Shown here: positions 1-9,422 of the stretch, piece by piece
Layout: every line of letters starts with the position of its first letter
How positions within the stretch are numbered: position 1 is the stretch's first letter
Virus record (IMG/VR): IMGVR_UViG_3300020045_000732
Location: 1-43,842 of that record
DNA from: a virus
Taxonomy: Duplodnaviria > Caudoviricetes
Length of the DNA stretch: 43,842 nucleotides
Strand: one strand, 5' to 3'
Position numbers and translations under genes: made by a program
Notes under the pieces: model-generated
Told to the model about the DNA's origin: nothing
Database searches by the model: none
What the model saw: only the letters and a program-made list of their open reading frames with translations

Positions 1-121
1 ACCTTCTCATCTTGTAAAGTTTACGATTTGAGAAGCCTTGCGACGATTTGAGAAGGACTTTGAAGGTGTACGCCTTGACTTTATAAGGTACTTGCTTCTT
101 GAGGGGTGGGGTAAGGGGGTG
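1..121. repeat. Direct terminal repeat, left copy (121 bp)
   Basis: Identical to 43722-43842. Contains a 13-mer ACGATTTGAGAAG at 23-35 and 43-55. May be a true DTR or assembly overlap. Confidence 0.95.
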
Positions 122-202
122 CGAAGTGTGGGTGAAGTTCTATTAAGGCCTCTAAATTTCCTGGAGAAATTCCCCTTGATTTACAAGGGCATACGATTTT
201 AC

Positions 203-231
203 TTGACAAGGTTTTAGACACATGATAGAAT
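203..231 (+). promoter_or_regulatory. sigma70-type promoter for the packaging/structural arm
   Basis: TTGACA (203-208), 17 nt spacer, TG-n-TAGAAT (-10 at 226-231). Confidence 0.75.
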
Positions 232-235
232 AGTA

Positions 236-435
236 CTTATAAGGTTCCTTAAACAGAATAACATTTAATAGATTAACCTTATAAAATATAATCTAATTAC
301 ATTTACTTTATAAGTAACTTATAAGGGAGTATTGACTTATAAGGCCCTGGCGCCATTATAAGGTACTTATAAGTGTAAGGTATATAGATTATCTTATAAT
401 ATTATTACTTATAAAGTAACTTATAAGTGTATAAG
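236..435. repeat. AT-rich cluster of CTTATAAG palindromes
   Basis: Perfect CTTATAAG at 236, 318, 336, 366 and 420, plus several 1-mismatch copies. Confidence 0.85.
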
Positions 436-506
436 TGCGGTCTAATAGCCACTCGAAGAGTGGTGTCGTCCCGACTACCTTTACCCTACTGGAGGAAATA
501 CGCCTT

Positions 507-1082
507 ATGACTCTCAAGCCTTACAAAGCAGACCGTGCTAAGCTTACCCGTATAGGACCCAATGGAGCAGTCATGCCTCATACAGTATCCCTGTTCTATG
601 GTATTGATGGAGCTATCCTTGAGCACTGTATCTTTACCATTGAGGATGAGGATAACCTAGAGCTGGGCCTTTACTCCTTTAAGAAGCTTTACCTCTCACA
701 CCTTGACCCTACTGAATACGAGCAAGCCAAGTACATCCTTAACTCCATCCCTCACTGGGAACGTATCTGTAGAACAGGCCGACTCAAGCCCCTTATCGAG
801 GACTGTCGTCTTGAGCTATCCAAACTAATCCGATCCAAAGCCTTTAAGTACATCGAGAAGGAAGCCTTGGTAAGTGATAGCTCTGCTGTACGCCTATCAG
901 CCCAGAAGTTCCTTGTAGGGCCCGGTGCTGCTCTTATGTATCCTAAAGACCCTGAGGTAACTAAGAAGCGTGGTCGCCCATCCAAGGATGAGGTAGACGG
1001 TAACCTTAAGCAGATGTCTGAGGATGAGAAGCGTATGATGGATGACCTCGAACGCGTTAAGGGAACCTTGCATGTCAACTGA
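507..1082 (+). CDS. Putative terminase small subunit
   Basis: Directly upstream of and overlapping TerL. GGAGG at 491-495 favours ATG 507 over 435. Basic KKRGRPSK motif near the C-terminus. Confidence 0.6.
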   Translation: MTLKPYKADRAKLTRIGPNGAVMPHTVSLFYGIDGAILEHCIFTIEDEDNLELGLYSFKKLYLSHLDPTEYEQAKYILNSIPHWERICRTGRLKPLIEDCRLELSKLIRSKAFKYIEKEALVSDSSAVRLSAQKFLVGPGAALMYPKDPEVTKKRGRPSKDEVDGNLKQMSEDEKRMMDDLERVKGTLHVN

Positions 1083-2643
1083 CAAGAACAAGACTACAGC
1101 AGCTAAACGGGCTGAGATCCGTGCCTATGCAGAGCGAGACTTCCTTGCATTCGTTAGACTGATCGCCCCTCACAGGGCTATTGGTCACGTCCATGAGGAT
1201 CTCTGTAACTGGTGGACACGCTCGGAAGCTCGAGACAATCAACTGTGCCTACTCCCCCGTGACCATGGTAAATCTGCCTTTGTAGGTTACCGTTGCGTAT
1301 GGGAGATCGTTCGTCGCCCTGACATCCGCATCCTTTACATCTCAAGTACCTCGGGCCTTGCTGAGAAGCAGCTTAAGTTTATTAAAGACATCCTTACCTC
1401 AAAGGTCTTCAGGACTTATTGGCCTGAGTTTATCAATGAGGAAGAGGGTAAACGAGAGAAGTGGACTAACTCTGAGATCTCCATCGATCACCCTAAGCGT
1501 AAGAAGGAAGGTATCCGTGATGCTACAGTATTCACTGGCGGCTTGACAACTTCCCTTACTGGCTTCCACTGTGACGTAGCAGTACTTGATGACGTAGTAG
1601 TTCAAGAGAATGCCTATACCCCTGACGGCCGTAAGAAGGTTGAGGAGCAATACTCCTTGCTTGCTTCCATTGAAGGTACTGATGCCCAAGAGTGGGTGGT
1701 CGGTACTCGTTACCATCCAAAGGATCTTTACTCCACCCTTATTCAGATGCACGAGGAAGTATTCAACGAAGAGGGCGAGGTAGTGGATAAGAGGCCCGTA
1801 TACGAAGTATTCGAACGCCAGGTAGAGGATGAGGGGGATGGCACTGGAGAGTTCCTGTGGCCTCGCCAGGTCCGTCCTGATGGCAAATGGTTTGGGTTCA
1901 ACAAAGAGATCCTTGCCAAGAAGCGAGCCCAGTACATTGACAAGACCCAATTCAAAGCCCAGTACTATAACGATCCTAACGATTCAGGCACTGCCAACAT
2001 CGACCGGTCGCGCTTCCAGTACTACGAGAAGAAGCTGCTTAACCAGTCTAATGGTCACTGGTACCTACGTGAGCGCAAGCTTAACATCTATGCTGCAATC
2101 GACTTTGCCTTCTCAACCAAGGCCCGTGCTGACTTTACGTCTATCGTTGTTGTCGGTATGGACCACCAGTCCAACCTATACGTCCTAGACATTGAACGAT
2201 TTAAAACTAACAAGATCTCTGATTACTTTGCAAAGATCGTGGAGCTTCAGATCAAGTGGGGATTCCGTAAACTAAGAGCTGAGGTAAGCGTAGCACAAGA
2301 GGTTATTGTAAAGGAACTGAAGGACAACTACATTAAACCTAATGGCTTAGTCCTTTCTATTGATGAGCACAGACCTACTAGATCTAGTGGTGCTAAGGAA
2401 GAGCGTATCAGTGCAACCTTGGAACCTCGTTATACTAACCAGACTATCTGGCACTACAAGGGCGGTAACTGCGAACTACTTGAAGAAGAGTTAGTTCTCC
2501 AGAATCCACCTCATGACGATATCAAGGATGCCCTTACAGCTGTCATTGGTATCTGTGTTCCCCCTTCCTACAGCATGGGAAGTGGTCAAGCTAAACAAGG
2601 TAACATCATTTACAATTCAAGATTTGGGGGTATCAGTGGGTAA
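1072..2643 (+). CDS. terL: Terminase large subunit
   Basis: Walker A-like LPRDHGKS, Walker B VLDD, coupling motif VGTRY, RNase H-like AIDFA and HDDIKDAL. Start at ATG 1072 after AAGGGA. Confidence 0.93.
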   Translation: MSTDKNKTTAAKRAEIRAYAERDFLAFVRLIAPHRAIGHVHEDLCNWWTRSEARDNQLCLLPRDHGKSAFVGYRCVWEIVRRPDIRILYISSTSGLAEKQLKFIKDILTSKVFRTYWPEFINEEEGKREKWTNSEISIDHPKRKKEGIRDATVFTGGLTTSLTGFHCDVAVLDDVVVQENAYTPDGRKKVEEQYSLLASIEGTDAQEWVVGTRYHPKDLYSTLIQMHEEVFNEEGEVVDKRPVYEVFERQVEDEGDGTGEFLWPRQVRPDGKWFGFNKEILAKKRAQYIDKTQFKAQYYNDPNDSGTANIDRSRFQYYEKKLLNQSNGHWYLRERKLNIYAAIDFAFSTKARADFTSIVVVGMDHQSNLYVLDIERFKTNKISDYFAKIVELQIKWGFRKLRAEVSVAQEVIVKELKDNYIKPNGLVLSIDEHRPTRSSGAKEERISATLEPRYTNQTIWHYKGGNCELLEEELVLQNPPHDDIKDALTAVIGICVPPSYSMGSGQAKQGNIIYNSRFGGISG

Positions 2644-2812
2644 CATTATAGCTTTTCCAGAGATCATTGCTGACGAAGAGATGTCCGTATGGGAGTGTGA
2701 GTGCGGCTCGGTAACCTTTCATATCCACCAGTCAGGTGAAGTAACTTGCCCTGAATGTGAGAAATATCATCCATTTCAGATATTAGATATTGACACACCA
2801 GTAGAATCGTGA
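2636..2812 (+). CDS. Small zinc-ribbon protein (58 aa)
   Basis: GTG start after GGGGG, overlapping the terL stop. CECG...CPEC motif. Confidence 0.6.
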   Translation: MGNIIAFPEIIADEEMSVWECECGSVTFHIHQSGEVTCPECEKYHPFQILDIDTPVES

Positions 2813-2818
2813 TAGAAT
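2790..2818 (+). promoter_or_regulatory. sigma70-type promoter directly ahead of portal
   Basis: TTGACA (2790-2795), 17 nt, TG-n-TAGAAT (2813-2818). Same -35 and -10 hexamers as the promoter at 203. Confidence 0.75.
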
Positions 2819-2825
2819 AGATATA

Positions 2826-4607
2826 ATGGCAACAACACTTGATCTAAACAATGTTATCTCTGCCGACAGACTGGCCTCTGAGCTAGCCAGTAAATGGCAG
2901 GAATGGAACTCTCTTCGAGCCGCATGGATGGCTGAGAAGCTGGAGATCCGTAACTACATCTTTGCCACTGATACAACCAAGACGTCTAACAAGACATTGC
3001 CTTGGAAGAACTCTACTACTATCCCTAAGCTATGCCAGATCAGAGACAACCTCCATGCTAACTACATGGGTGCATTGTTTCCTAATGATGAGTGGCTTGA
3101 CTGGGAAGGTGGGGATAAGGATGCAGTTGTTAAGGCTAAGGCTGAGACTATCAAAGCATTCATGTACAACAAGACTGAGGCATCTGACTTCCGCACTACA
3201 GTCAGCCGCTTGCTTCTCGACTGGATTGACTACGGGAACGTGTTCTCTACAGTTGAGTTTGTTAATGAGACAAGAACTAACCCAGCCACCAAAGAAGAAT
3301 ACCCAGGCTACGTAGGCCCCAAGCTTGTACGCATCAGCCCATTCGATATCGTGTTTAACCCCCTCGCAGCTGACTTCCAGTCTACCCCTAAGATTGTACG
3401 CACAGTCAAATCTATTGGCGAACTCAAGCGCGATCTACTCAATAGTCCTGGTGATGAGGACGCAGCTAAAGCCTTTACCAGAGCTATGGACTGCCGCCGT
3501 TCCCTTCAAGGGATTACTGAAGGCGATGTGATTAAAGACCATGGCTTCCAAGTGGACGGCTTCTCGAGCTTTACCCATTACTACCAATCCCAGATGGTCG
3601 AGATCCTTACATTCTACGGCGACTTCTATTCTATTGAAGAAGACAAGTTGTACGAGAACCATGTAATTAAAGTAATCGACAGGGCTTATATCCTGTCCAA
3701 GAAACCTAATGATAACTGGCTTGGCACTGACCACTTCTACCATTGTGGTTGGAGGCAGAGACCTGATAACCTTTATGCTATGGGTCCCTTAGACAACCTT
3801 GTTGGTATGCAGTACCGTATCGATCACCTTGAGAACCTTAAGGCCGATGCCTTCGATATGATTGCCTTCCCAATGCTTAAGATCCGTGGAGACGTACAGT
3901 CGTTTGAGTATGCACCTCATGAACGTATCTATGTTGGTGACGAGGGCGATGTTGACTTCATGCACCCAGATCCAGCAGCACTATCTGCGGACAACCAGAT
4001 CGCTATCCTTGAAGCTAAGATGGAAGAGATGGCTGGCGCTCCTAAACAAGCTATGGGTATCCGTACCCCTGGTGAGAAGACAGCCTTTGAAGTTCAAGCA
4101 CTCGAGAACGCAGCTGGCCGCATCTTTCAGAACAAAACACTTTACTTTGAATCAGACTACCTAACCAAAGTCCTTAACGCTATGCTTGAAGTTGGTCGTC
4201 GTAACATGGCTACGCCCGAGCTTATCCGTACCTTGGACTCAGATGTGGATGTCGTACAGTTCAAGAGCATCACTAAAGATGACATCCGTGCATCAGGTAA
4301 GCTTCGTCCTATCGGTGCGTCACACTTTGCTAAACGAGCAGTAATGGTTCAGAACCTTGTTCAGTTACTTCAATCGCCTGTCGGCCAAGACCCTGCTATC
4401 AATGTACACCTCAGTGGTAAGAAGCTTGCCAAGGCAGCTGAAGATATCCTTGACCTACAACGGTTTGAATTATTCGGAGACAACATCCGCGTTATCGAAC
4501 AGATGGATACACAACGCTTAATGGAAGAAGGGCAGCAACAACTTGCAACAGAAGCAGCAACCCCAGCCGGTCTCGTACCAGGCGACAGCGCAACCCCAAT
4601 CGCGTAA
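2826..4607 (+). CDS. Portal (head-tail connector) protein
   Basis: 593 aa, after terminase and before scaffold/capsid. Podoviral portal-like motifs (RISPFDIVFNP, YAMGPLDNL, GIRTPGEKTAFEV). Confidence 0.88.
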   Translation: MATTLDLNNVISADRLASELASKWQEWNSLRAAWMAEKLEIRNYIFATDTTKTSNKTLPWKNSTTIPKLCQIRDNLHANYMGALFPNDEWLDWEGGDKDAVVKAKAETIKAFMYNKTEASDFRTTVSRLLLDWIDYGNVFSTVEFVNETRTNPATKEEYPGYVGPKLVRISPFDIVFNPLAADFQSTPKIVRTVKSIGELKRDLLNSPGDEDAAKAFTRAMDCRRSLQGITEGDVIKDHGFQVDGFSSFTHYYQSQMVEILTFYGDFYSIEEDKLYENHVIKVIDRAYILSKKPNDNWLGTDHFYHCGWRQRPDNLYAMGPLDNLVGMQYRIDHLENLKADAFDMIAFPMLKIRGDVQSFEYAPHERIYVGDEGDVDFMHPDPAALSADNQIAILEAKMEEMAGAPKQAMGIRTPGEKTAFEVQALENAAGRIFQNKTLYFESDYLTKVLNAMLEVGRRNMATPELIRTLDSDVDVVQFKSITKDDIRASGKLRPIGASHFAKRAVMVQNLVQLLQSPVGQDPAINVHLSGKKLAKAAEDILDLQRFELFGDNIRVIEQMDTQRLMEEGQQQLATEAATPAGLVPGDSATPIA

Positions 4608-4860
4608 GCGTATCAGTACTGAATGGTCTAAGCACCTAGGCACTGAGGATGAGCGTAAGAAGTTTGAGGAAACAATTCGCCACAGTCAAGTGGCCTTAGA
4701 TAGATTGCAAACTATCCTAGGTGAAAAGATTGAGGCAAATAAAGTCTTTAAGAAGGAAGACTATAAATCGCCTTCTTGGGCATACGAAGCAGCAGACCGC
4801 AACGGGTTCGTACGCGCACTACAAACTGTAATTGACCTTTTAGAAATGGACCATAAATAA
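4543..4860 (+). CDS. Hypothetical protein between portal and scaffold
   Basis: Fills the gap and ends 1 nt before the scaffold start. The only conventional start is TTG inside the portal 3' end, so the start is uncertain. Confidence 0.65.
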   Translation: MQQKQQPQPVSYQATAQPQSRKRISTEWSKHLGTEDERKKFEETIRHSQVALDRLQTILGEKIEANKVFKKEDYKSPSWAYEAADRNGFVRALQTVIDLLEMDHK

Positions 4861-4861
4861 C

Positions 4862-5563
4862 ATGACAGACAACGTATTGACTACGATTACTACTAACGAC
4901 TCACTTCTCGCTAACCTAGTTGGTGAGGGTAAGAAGTTCAAAGATGCCGAGGCCTTGGCCGCAGGTAAGCTAGAGTCAGATCAATTCATTGAGCGCCTTA
5001 AGTCTGAGAATGCAGAGATGCGCAAAGACATGCAGACGCTACAGAGTGTTGTCAAGGAGATCAAAGAGGCACGGGTAACCACTCCTGAACAAGCCGCCCC
5101 ACAAGGCGTTCTTGCTGCTGAAGATCTTACACGCCTCGTAAGAGGAGAGATTGAACAGACTGAAACAAAGCGTATCCATGAAGCTAATCTTGTCGAAGCT
5201 GACAGAGTACTCGTGGCTAAGTTTGGTAGCAAAGAGTTAGCTCAAGCAGCTATCACAGAAAAGGCACGGGAACTTGGAATGCCCGTATCTTGGTTGGTAG
5301 ACTCTGCTGCTAAGAATCCAAAAGCTCTTTACCAATTGTTAGGTCTTGCTGCACAACAAACACAATCAACTGTACAAACTGGCACCCAGTCAACAGTGAA
5401 CACCGATGCCCAAACCTTTGTCCCACAAGGACAAGGCGCTGCTTACGGTACTAAGGCTTACTTCGACGCACTGCGTAAGAGTAACCCTAGTCAGTATTGG
5501 AGCCCTAAGGTACAAGCTGAGATTCACTCTAAAGCTTTAGCTGGCGAGTACTATAAAAAGTAA
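4862..5563 (+). CDS. Capsid scaffolding protein
   Basis: Helical/coiled-coil, low-complexity linker, directly upstream of the capsid gene. Confidence 0.75.
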   Translation: MTDNVLTTITTNDSLLANLVGEGKKFKDAEALAAGKLESDQFIERLKSENAEMRKDMQTLQSVVKEIKEARVTTPEQAAPQGVLAAEDLTRLVRGEIEQTETKRIHEANLVEADRVLVAKFGSKELAQAAITEKARELGMPVSWLVDSAAKNPKALYQLLGLAAQQTQSTVQTGTQSTVNTDAQTFVPQGQGAAYGTKAYFDALRKSNPSQYWSPKVQAEIHSKALAGEYYKK

Positions 5564-5576
5564 TAGGAGATAAAAT

Positions 5577-6518
5577 ATGTCCGGTTTCTCAACCGATACA
5601 AACAGCCACCTTATCCGGTCAACCGTATGGTCTGACCAGTTGAAGATGGTACTAGAAGAAGAATTGATGGCAACCAAGTACGTTAACTGGTTGACTGACT
5701 TCCCAGATGGTGATCAGTTCCTGATCCCTTCAGTAGGTACTGCGCAAGTAGATACGTATGAGGAAGACACGTCAGTTAAATACCGCGCAATGGATACTGG
5801 TCAGTTCCCATTCTCGATCACTGAGTACCTGTCGTCTGGTACGTACATCACCAACAAGATGAAGCAAGACTCATTCTACATGAGCCAGCTGGTTTCACAG
5901 TTCGTTCCTAAACAGAACCGTGCGATCCAACAACGTGTTGAACGTGATATCCTGAACCTTGCTATGTCACAAACATTGAGCAACGCCAACCAGATTAACG
6001 GCGCTGATCACCGCTTTGTAGGTACAGGTACTAACGAGACCATCGCTCTGGCTGACTTTGCTAAAGCTCGCTATGCTTTGAAAAAGGCTAACGTTCCTGA
6101 CAGCAACCTGATTGCCATCGTTGATCCTTCGGTAGAGTATGCTATCAATACACTCAGCAACTTGACCAGCGTATCAAACAACCCAATGTGGGAAGGTATC
6201 GTATCTTCAGGCATTGCTACTGGTATGAAGTTTACTAAGAACGTATACGGCTTTGACGTTTATGTTTCGAACAACTTGGCTGACGCTAACGAGACCATCG
6301 GTGCTAAAACCACTGCTGCTGGTAAAGCGAACATCTTCTTCTCAGCGGATTCGGATGTACTTCCATTCGTTGGTGCTTGGAGACAGATGCCTAAAGTTGA
6401 CTCGAAGTACAACATGGACTTCCAGCGTGATGAGTACGTTACCACGGCGCGTTACGGCTTGAAGCTGTTCCGCACTGAGAACTTGGTAACCGTTCTTACT
6501 GACACTGACCAAGTATAA
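5577..6518 (+). CDS. Major capsid protein
   Basis: 313 aa, strong AGGAG RBS, biased codon use, position after scaffold, T7-type capsid C-terminal pattern (TARYGLKLFR). Confidence 0.88.
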   Translation: MSGFSTDTNSHLIRSTVWSDQLKMVLEEELMATKYVNWLTDFPDGDQFLIPSVGTAQVDTYEEDTSVKYRAMDTGQFPFSITEYLSSGTYITNKMKQDSFYMSQLVSQFVPKQNRAIQQRVERDILNLAMSQTLSNANQINGADHRFVGTGTNETIALADFAKARYALKKANVPDSNLIAIVDPSVEYAINTLSNLTSVSNNPMWEGIVSSGIATGMKFTKNVYGFDVYVSNNLADANETIGAKTTAAGKANIFFSADSDVLPFVGAWRQMPKVDSKYNMDFQRDEYVTTARYGLKLFRTENLVTVLTDTDQV

Positions 6519-6539
6519 TAACGAAAGGAAACTAATACT

Positions 6540-7019
6540 ATGCCTATTTGGACAAACCCTGATGGCCTTCGTGTACGGTTCGGCTTGGATCAAGCTGCTC
6601 TGGCACGTGAAGGTTCACCCGCGCAAGCAGGTGCTTTTAAAGTCTACGAATTTGATATCGTAGGTACGGAAGTCCCTTCTACGTTCGGTATCTTGAATAA
6701 AACTCCTAGCGTAATCTTGCCAGCGGGTGCTATCGTTAAGTCTGCTATCTTGACTGTAACGACTGCGTTCACTGGTGCTACTGCTACTCTTGACGTTGGT
6801 ACTGCCAAGGTTGACGGTACTGTAATTGACGAAGATGGTTTCATTGCTGCGGCTACTGTCGCTTCGATGGCTACTGTCGGCGCTACGATTACTGGTGCTG
6901 GTGCTTTGATTAACACTGCACTTACCTTCGACAGCGTACTTGTTGTGGACTATGATACTGCTGCCTTTACTGCCGGTCGTGGCAAGTTGGTAGTTACTGT
7001 CTTGATCCCTGACGCTTAA
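6540..7019 (+). CDS. Capsid decoration / minor head protein
   Basis: Beta-rich A/T/G/V protein right after the capsid gene, with AAGGA RBS. Confidence 0.6.
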   Translation: MPIWTNPDGLRVRFGLDQAALAREGSPAQAGAFKVYEFDIVGTEVPSTFGILNKTPSVILPAGAIVKSAILTVTTAFTGATATLDVGTAKVDGTVIDEDGFIAAATVASMATVGATITGAGALINTALTFDSVLVVDYDTAAFTAGRGKLVVTVLIPDA

Positions 7020-7047
7020 TAACTTCTACGCTACCATATGAAACGGC

Positions 7048-7077
7048 TTCCCAAGGGGTCTTTAAGCTCCTTGGGAA
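7048..7077 (+). other. 11-bp RNA hairpin after the head genes
   Basis: TTCCCAAGGGG-TCTTTAAG-CTCCTTGGGAA. No U-tract, so a stabiliser or pause site rather than a canonical terminator. Confidence 0.55.
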
Positions 7078-7098
7078 TGACGTAAAAAGAGGAAACCC

Positions 7099-7734
7099 AT
7101 GGCAGATATTCAGCACAAGAACATTGCAGACTCTGATAGACACGAACCTAAAGGCGCTTCAACAGCAGCCGCAGGTCAAGTATACGTAAGCGACGGAGCT
7201 GGCTCTGGTTCTTGGCAGACTCCTGCTCAAGGTTCTAAAGTACTTCTCTCTACACAGACGGCTGCTAACAGCGCAGCTATTTCTTTTACTAGCTTAATCA
7301 CTAGTACTTACTCCACATACGAGATTGAATTTTACCAAGTTCGCGCTTCTGCCGGTAACCCTGGTTTACTGCTGCTGACATCTACTAATAACGGATCAAG
7401 TTACAACACTACTGGTTACAGTGCTACTTCAGCTTTGTATAATAACGTAGGTGGTGGTACGGCTCCTACTTACACTAGCGCCAGTGGTGCTGGTTTTATA
7501 CTTGCCGCAAATGCCTCTATAATCGCTTCAACAGCAGCAAATGGTACTGTTAAATTACTTGGTTTAACTAACGGAACTACTTATAAAAACATTACAGCAA
7601 CTACCTTTAACGGGGACAACTGCGAAAAAGTTGACGGGTATAGAGGTACAGTAACGGCTATCAACGCTGTAAGAATAGAATTTGATTCTGGTAATATTGC
7701 AGCAGGAACCTTTAAATTATACGGAATTGTTTAA
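7099..7734 (+). CDS. Virion fibre-like structural protein
   Basis: G/S/T/A-rich, GQVYVSDGAGSGSW shaft motif, C-terminal beta domain ending GTFKLYG. Confidence 0.6.
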   Translation: MADIQHKNIADSDRHEPKGASTAAAGQVYVSDGAGSGSWQTPAQGSKVLLSTQTAANSAAISFTSLITSTYSTYEIEFYQVRASAGNPGLLLLTSTNNGSSYNTTGYSATSALYNNVGGGTAPTYTSASGAGFILAANASIIASTAANGTVKLLGLTNGTTYKNITATTFNGDNCEKVDGYRGTVTAINAVRIEFDSGNIAAGTFKLYGIV

Positions 7735-7955
7735 TGGTAAGCGAACAAACAACCATTCGAGTCTTGCTAGAGCGTAACTCAGTAGTACTTGAACACATTC
7801 TAAAAGACATAGCAGAGATTAAATCCACGTCTATCCCTAACGGCAAAGATAGAATGGAAAGCTGTGAAGAGAGCATCGAAAGTCTTAACCGCTGGAAGTT
7901 TGGCCTAGCCGGTATAGTAGCATTCGTAACAGGTTTACTTGGAGTACTTAAATGA
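7734..7955 (+). CDS. Small coiled-coil protein with C-terminal transmembrane helix
   Basis: TAATG-coupled. Heptad-like N-terminal part, then WKFGLAGIVAFVTGLLGVLK. Architecture resembles XhlA/holin-like phage proteins. Confidence 0.6.
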   Translation: MVSEQTTIRVLLERNSVVLEHILKDIAEIKSTSIPNGKDRMESCEESIESLNRWKFGLAGIVAFVTGLLGVLK

Positions 7956-9046
7956 AGATTGATCCACTAAGTAACCTAGCTGGTAGCTTGTCAAATGAGC
8001 AAGCAGTATCGACTACTATCAACTCCAACATGGAGAAGATTACTAACGCCATTAATAACACACTATCCTTGGATGGCTCTACCCCTAACTCAATGCAAGC
8101 CGACTTAGATATGAACGGTATGCACATCCTTAATATTGCAACGCCTGTTAACTCTAGCGATCCAGTTACTAAAGCTTACGCTGATCAGCTGGCTATCGAC
8201 CCAATAGGTTTAGTGTTGCCTCTTGTTATCGGTAACGGTGGTACAGGTGGCACTACAGCAGCTACAGCTAGAACAGCCCTAGGCCTTGCTATTGGCGCTG
8301 ACGTACAAGCCTACTCAATTAACCTTACTTCTCTTGCAGCTACTATTACCGCATATGGTATTACACTAGCCTCGACAGCTAACGCGTCAGCAGCACGTAC
8401 AGCATTAGGCCTCGCTATTGGTACTGATGTACAGGCGTACGACTCTGATCTTGCAGCCTTTGCTGGTAAGACAGCTCCTTCAGGCGCAGTAGTTGGTGAT
8501 ACCGATACACAAACTTTGACTAATAAGACTTTAAGCACTGGCACTGTGCTACCATCTGGTGTACAAGTTACACCAATAGGTGTCATTGCTACGACATCTG
8601 GTACAACAGTAGACTTGACAGGTATCCCAGCAGCAGCTAGACGTGTGACTGTAGTAGGTTCTGGCGTGTCAACAAACAGTACTGCCCTTATGCAGATCCA
8701 ACTTGGTAACACTACTGTAGTTACAACAGGTTATGAATGTGCTGCTTCAACCCTTGGTGCAGCTGCAATTTCAACAGCCAACGCCAGCACAGGTATTATC
8801 TTGCGCGAAACTGGCGCCCGTACGGCGGCCGATCTAGTAAACTTCACACTCGTGCTTACTCTTGTGGATCCTGCAACCTTCACATGGCATGGAGTCCTTA
8901 CAGGTAACATAGTTGGCGTTGTGTCTATGTTTACAGCCAGTGCTCTTCTTACTTTAAGCTCTGCTTTAGATCGTGTACGTCTGACTACTGTTGGTGGAGC
9001 TGGTGTATTTGACGCTGGTAAACTTAACGCTTACTATGAAATTTAA
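7952..9046 (+). CDS. Tail fibre protein
   Basis: N-terminal anchor (MQADLDMNG..I.N...P....D.VTKAY), two ARTALGLAIGxDVQAY repeats 42 aa apart, QTLTNKTL shaft motif. Confidence 0.8.
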   Translation: MKIDPLSNLAGSLSNEQAVSTTINSNMEKITNAINNTLSLDGSTPNSMQADLDMNGMHILNIATPVNSSDPVTKAYADQLAIDPIGLVLPLVIGNGGTGGTTAATARTALGLAIGADVQAYSINLTSLAATITAYGITLASTANASAARTALGLAIGTDVQAYDSDLAAFAGKTAPSGAVVGDTDTQTLTNKTLSTGTVLPSGVQVTPIGVIATTSGTTVDLTGIPAAARRVTVVGSGVSTNSTALMQIQLGNTTVVTTGYECAASTLGAAAISTANASTGIILRETGARTAADLVNFTLVLTLVDPATFTWHGVLTGNIVGVVSMFTASALLTLSSALDRVRLTTVGGAGVFDAGKLNAYYEI

Positions 9047-9064
9047 CAAACGGAGATAACTGAT

Positions 9065-9421
9065 ATGGCTGTAATTAAACCAACTGCTAGTATGATTAAC
9101 GGGACTAATGACTTCTTGGTTGTGTCTTGGTTAGATGTAACTACTGCTGATACTTGTGAAGCTTACGAGCTTCCTACCTTTGCTGACAAGACTGTACACG
9201 TAACTGGTACTCCTGGTGTAGGCGGTACTGTTATACTTGAAGGTTCAAACCTTCTTGTAAGTTATGATCCTTTACACGACCCTCAAGGTAATAATCTTAC
9301 TTTTACAGCCAGTGGTATTGAAATGCTGACAGAGAATCCTAAATCAATTAGGCCAAGAGTAACAGCCGGTGACGGTACTACATCTCTTACAATCTCAATC
9401 GCTTGCAGAGGGGCGCGTTAA
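9065..9421 (+). CDS. Hypothetical beta-sandwich structural protein
   Basis: GGAG RBS, VILEGSN and IRPRVT strands, located in the tail module. Confidence 0.6.
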   Translation: MAVIKPTASMINGTNDFLVVSWLDVTTADTCEAYELPTFADKTVHVTGTPGVGGTVILEGSNLLVSYDPLHDPQGNNLTFTASGIEMLTENPKSIRPRVTAGDGTTSLTISIACRGAR

Positions 9422-9422
9422 T

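Noticed and set aside
6500-6545. Programmed frameshift or read-through from capsid into the decoration gene
   Set aside because: Tandem TAA TAA stops, no slippery heptamer seen, and the downstream gene has its own RBS.
7048-7077. Rho-independent terminator after the head genes
   Set aside because: The stem is strong but no U-tract follows on the + strand. Listed only as a hairpin.
8266-8440. Duplicated ARTALGLAIGxDVQAY segment
   Set aside because: Common tail-fibre shaft repeat, diverged at synonymous sites. Not novel.
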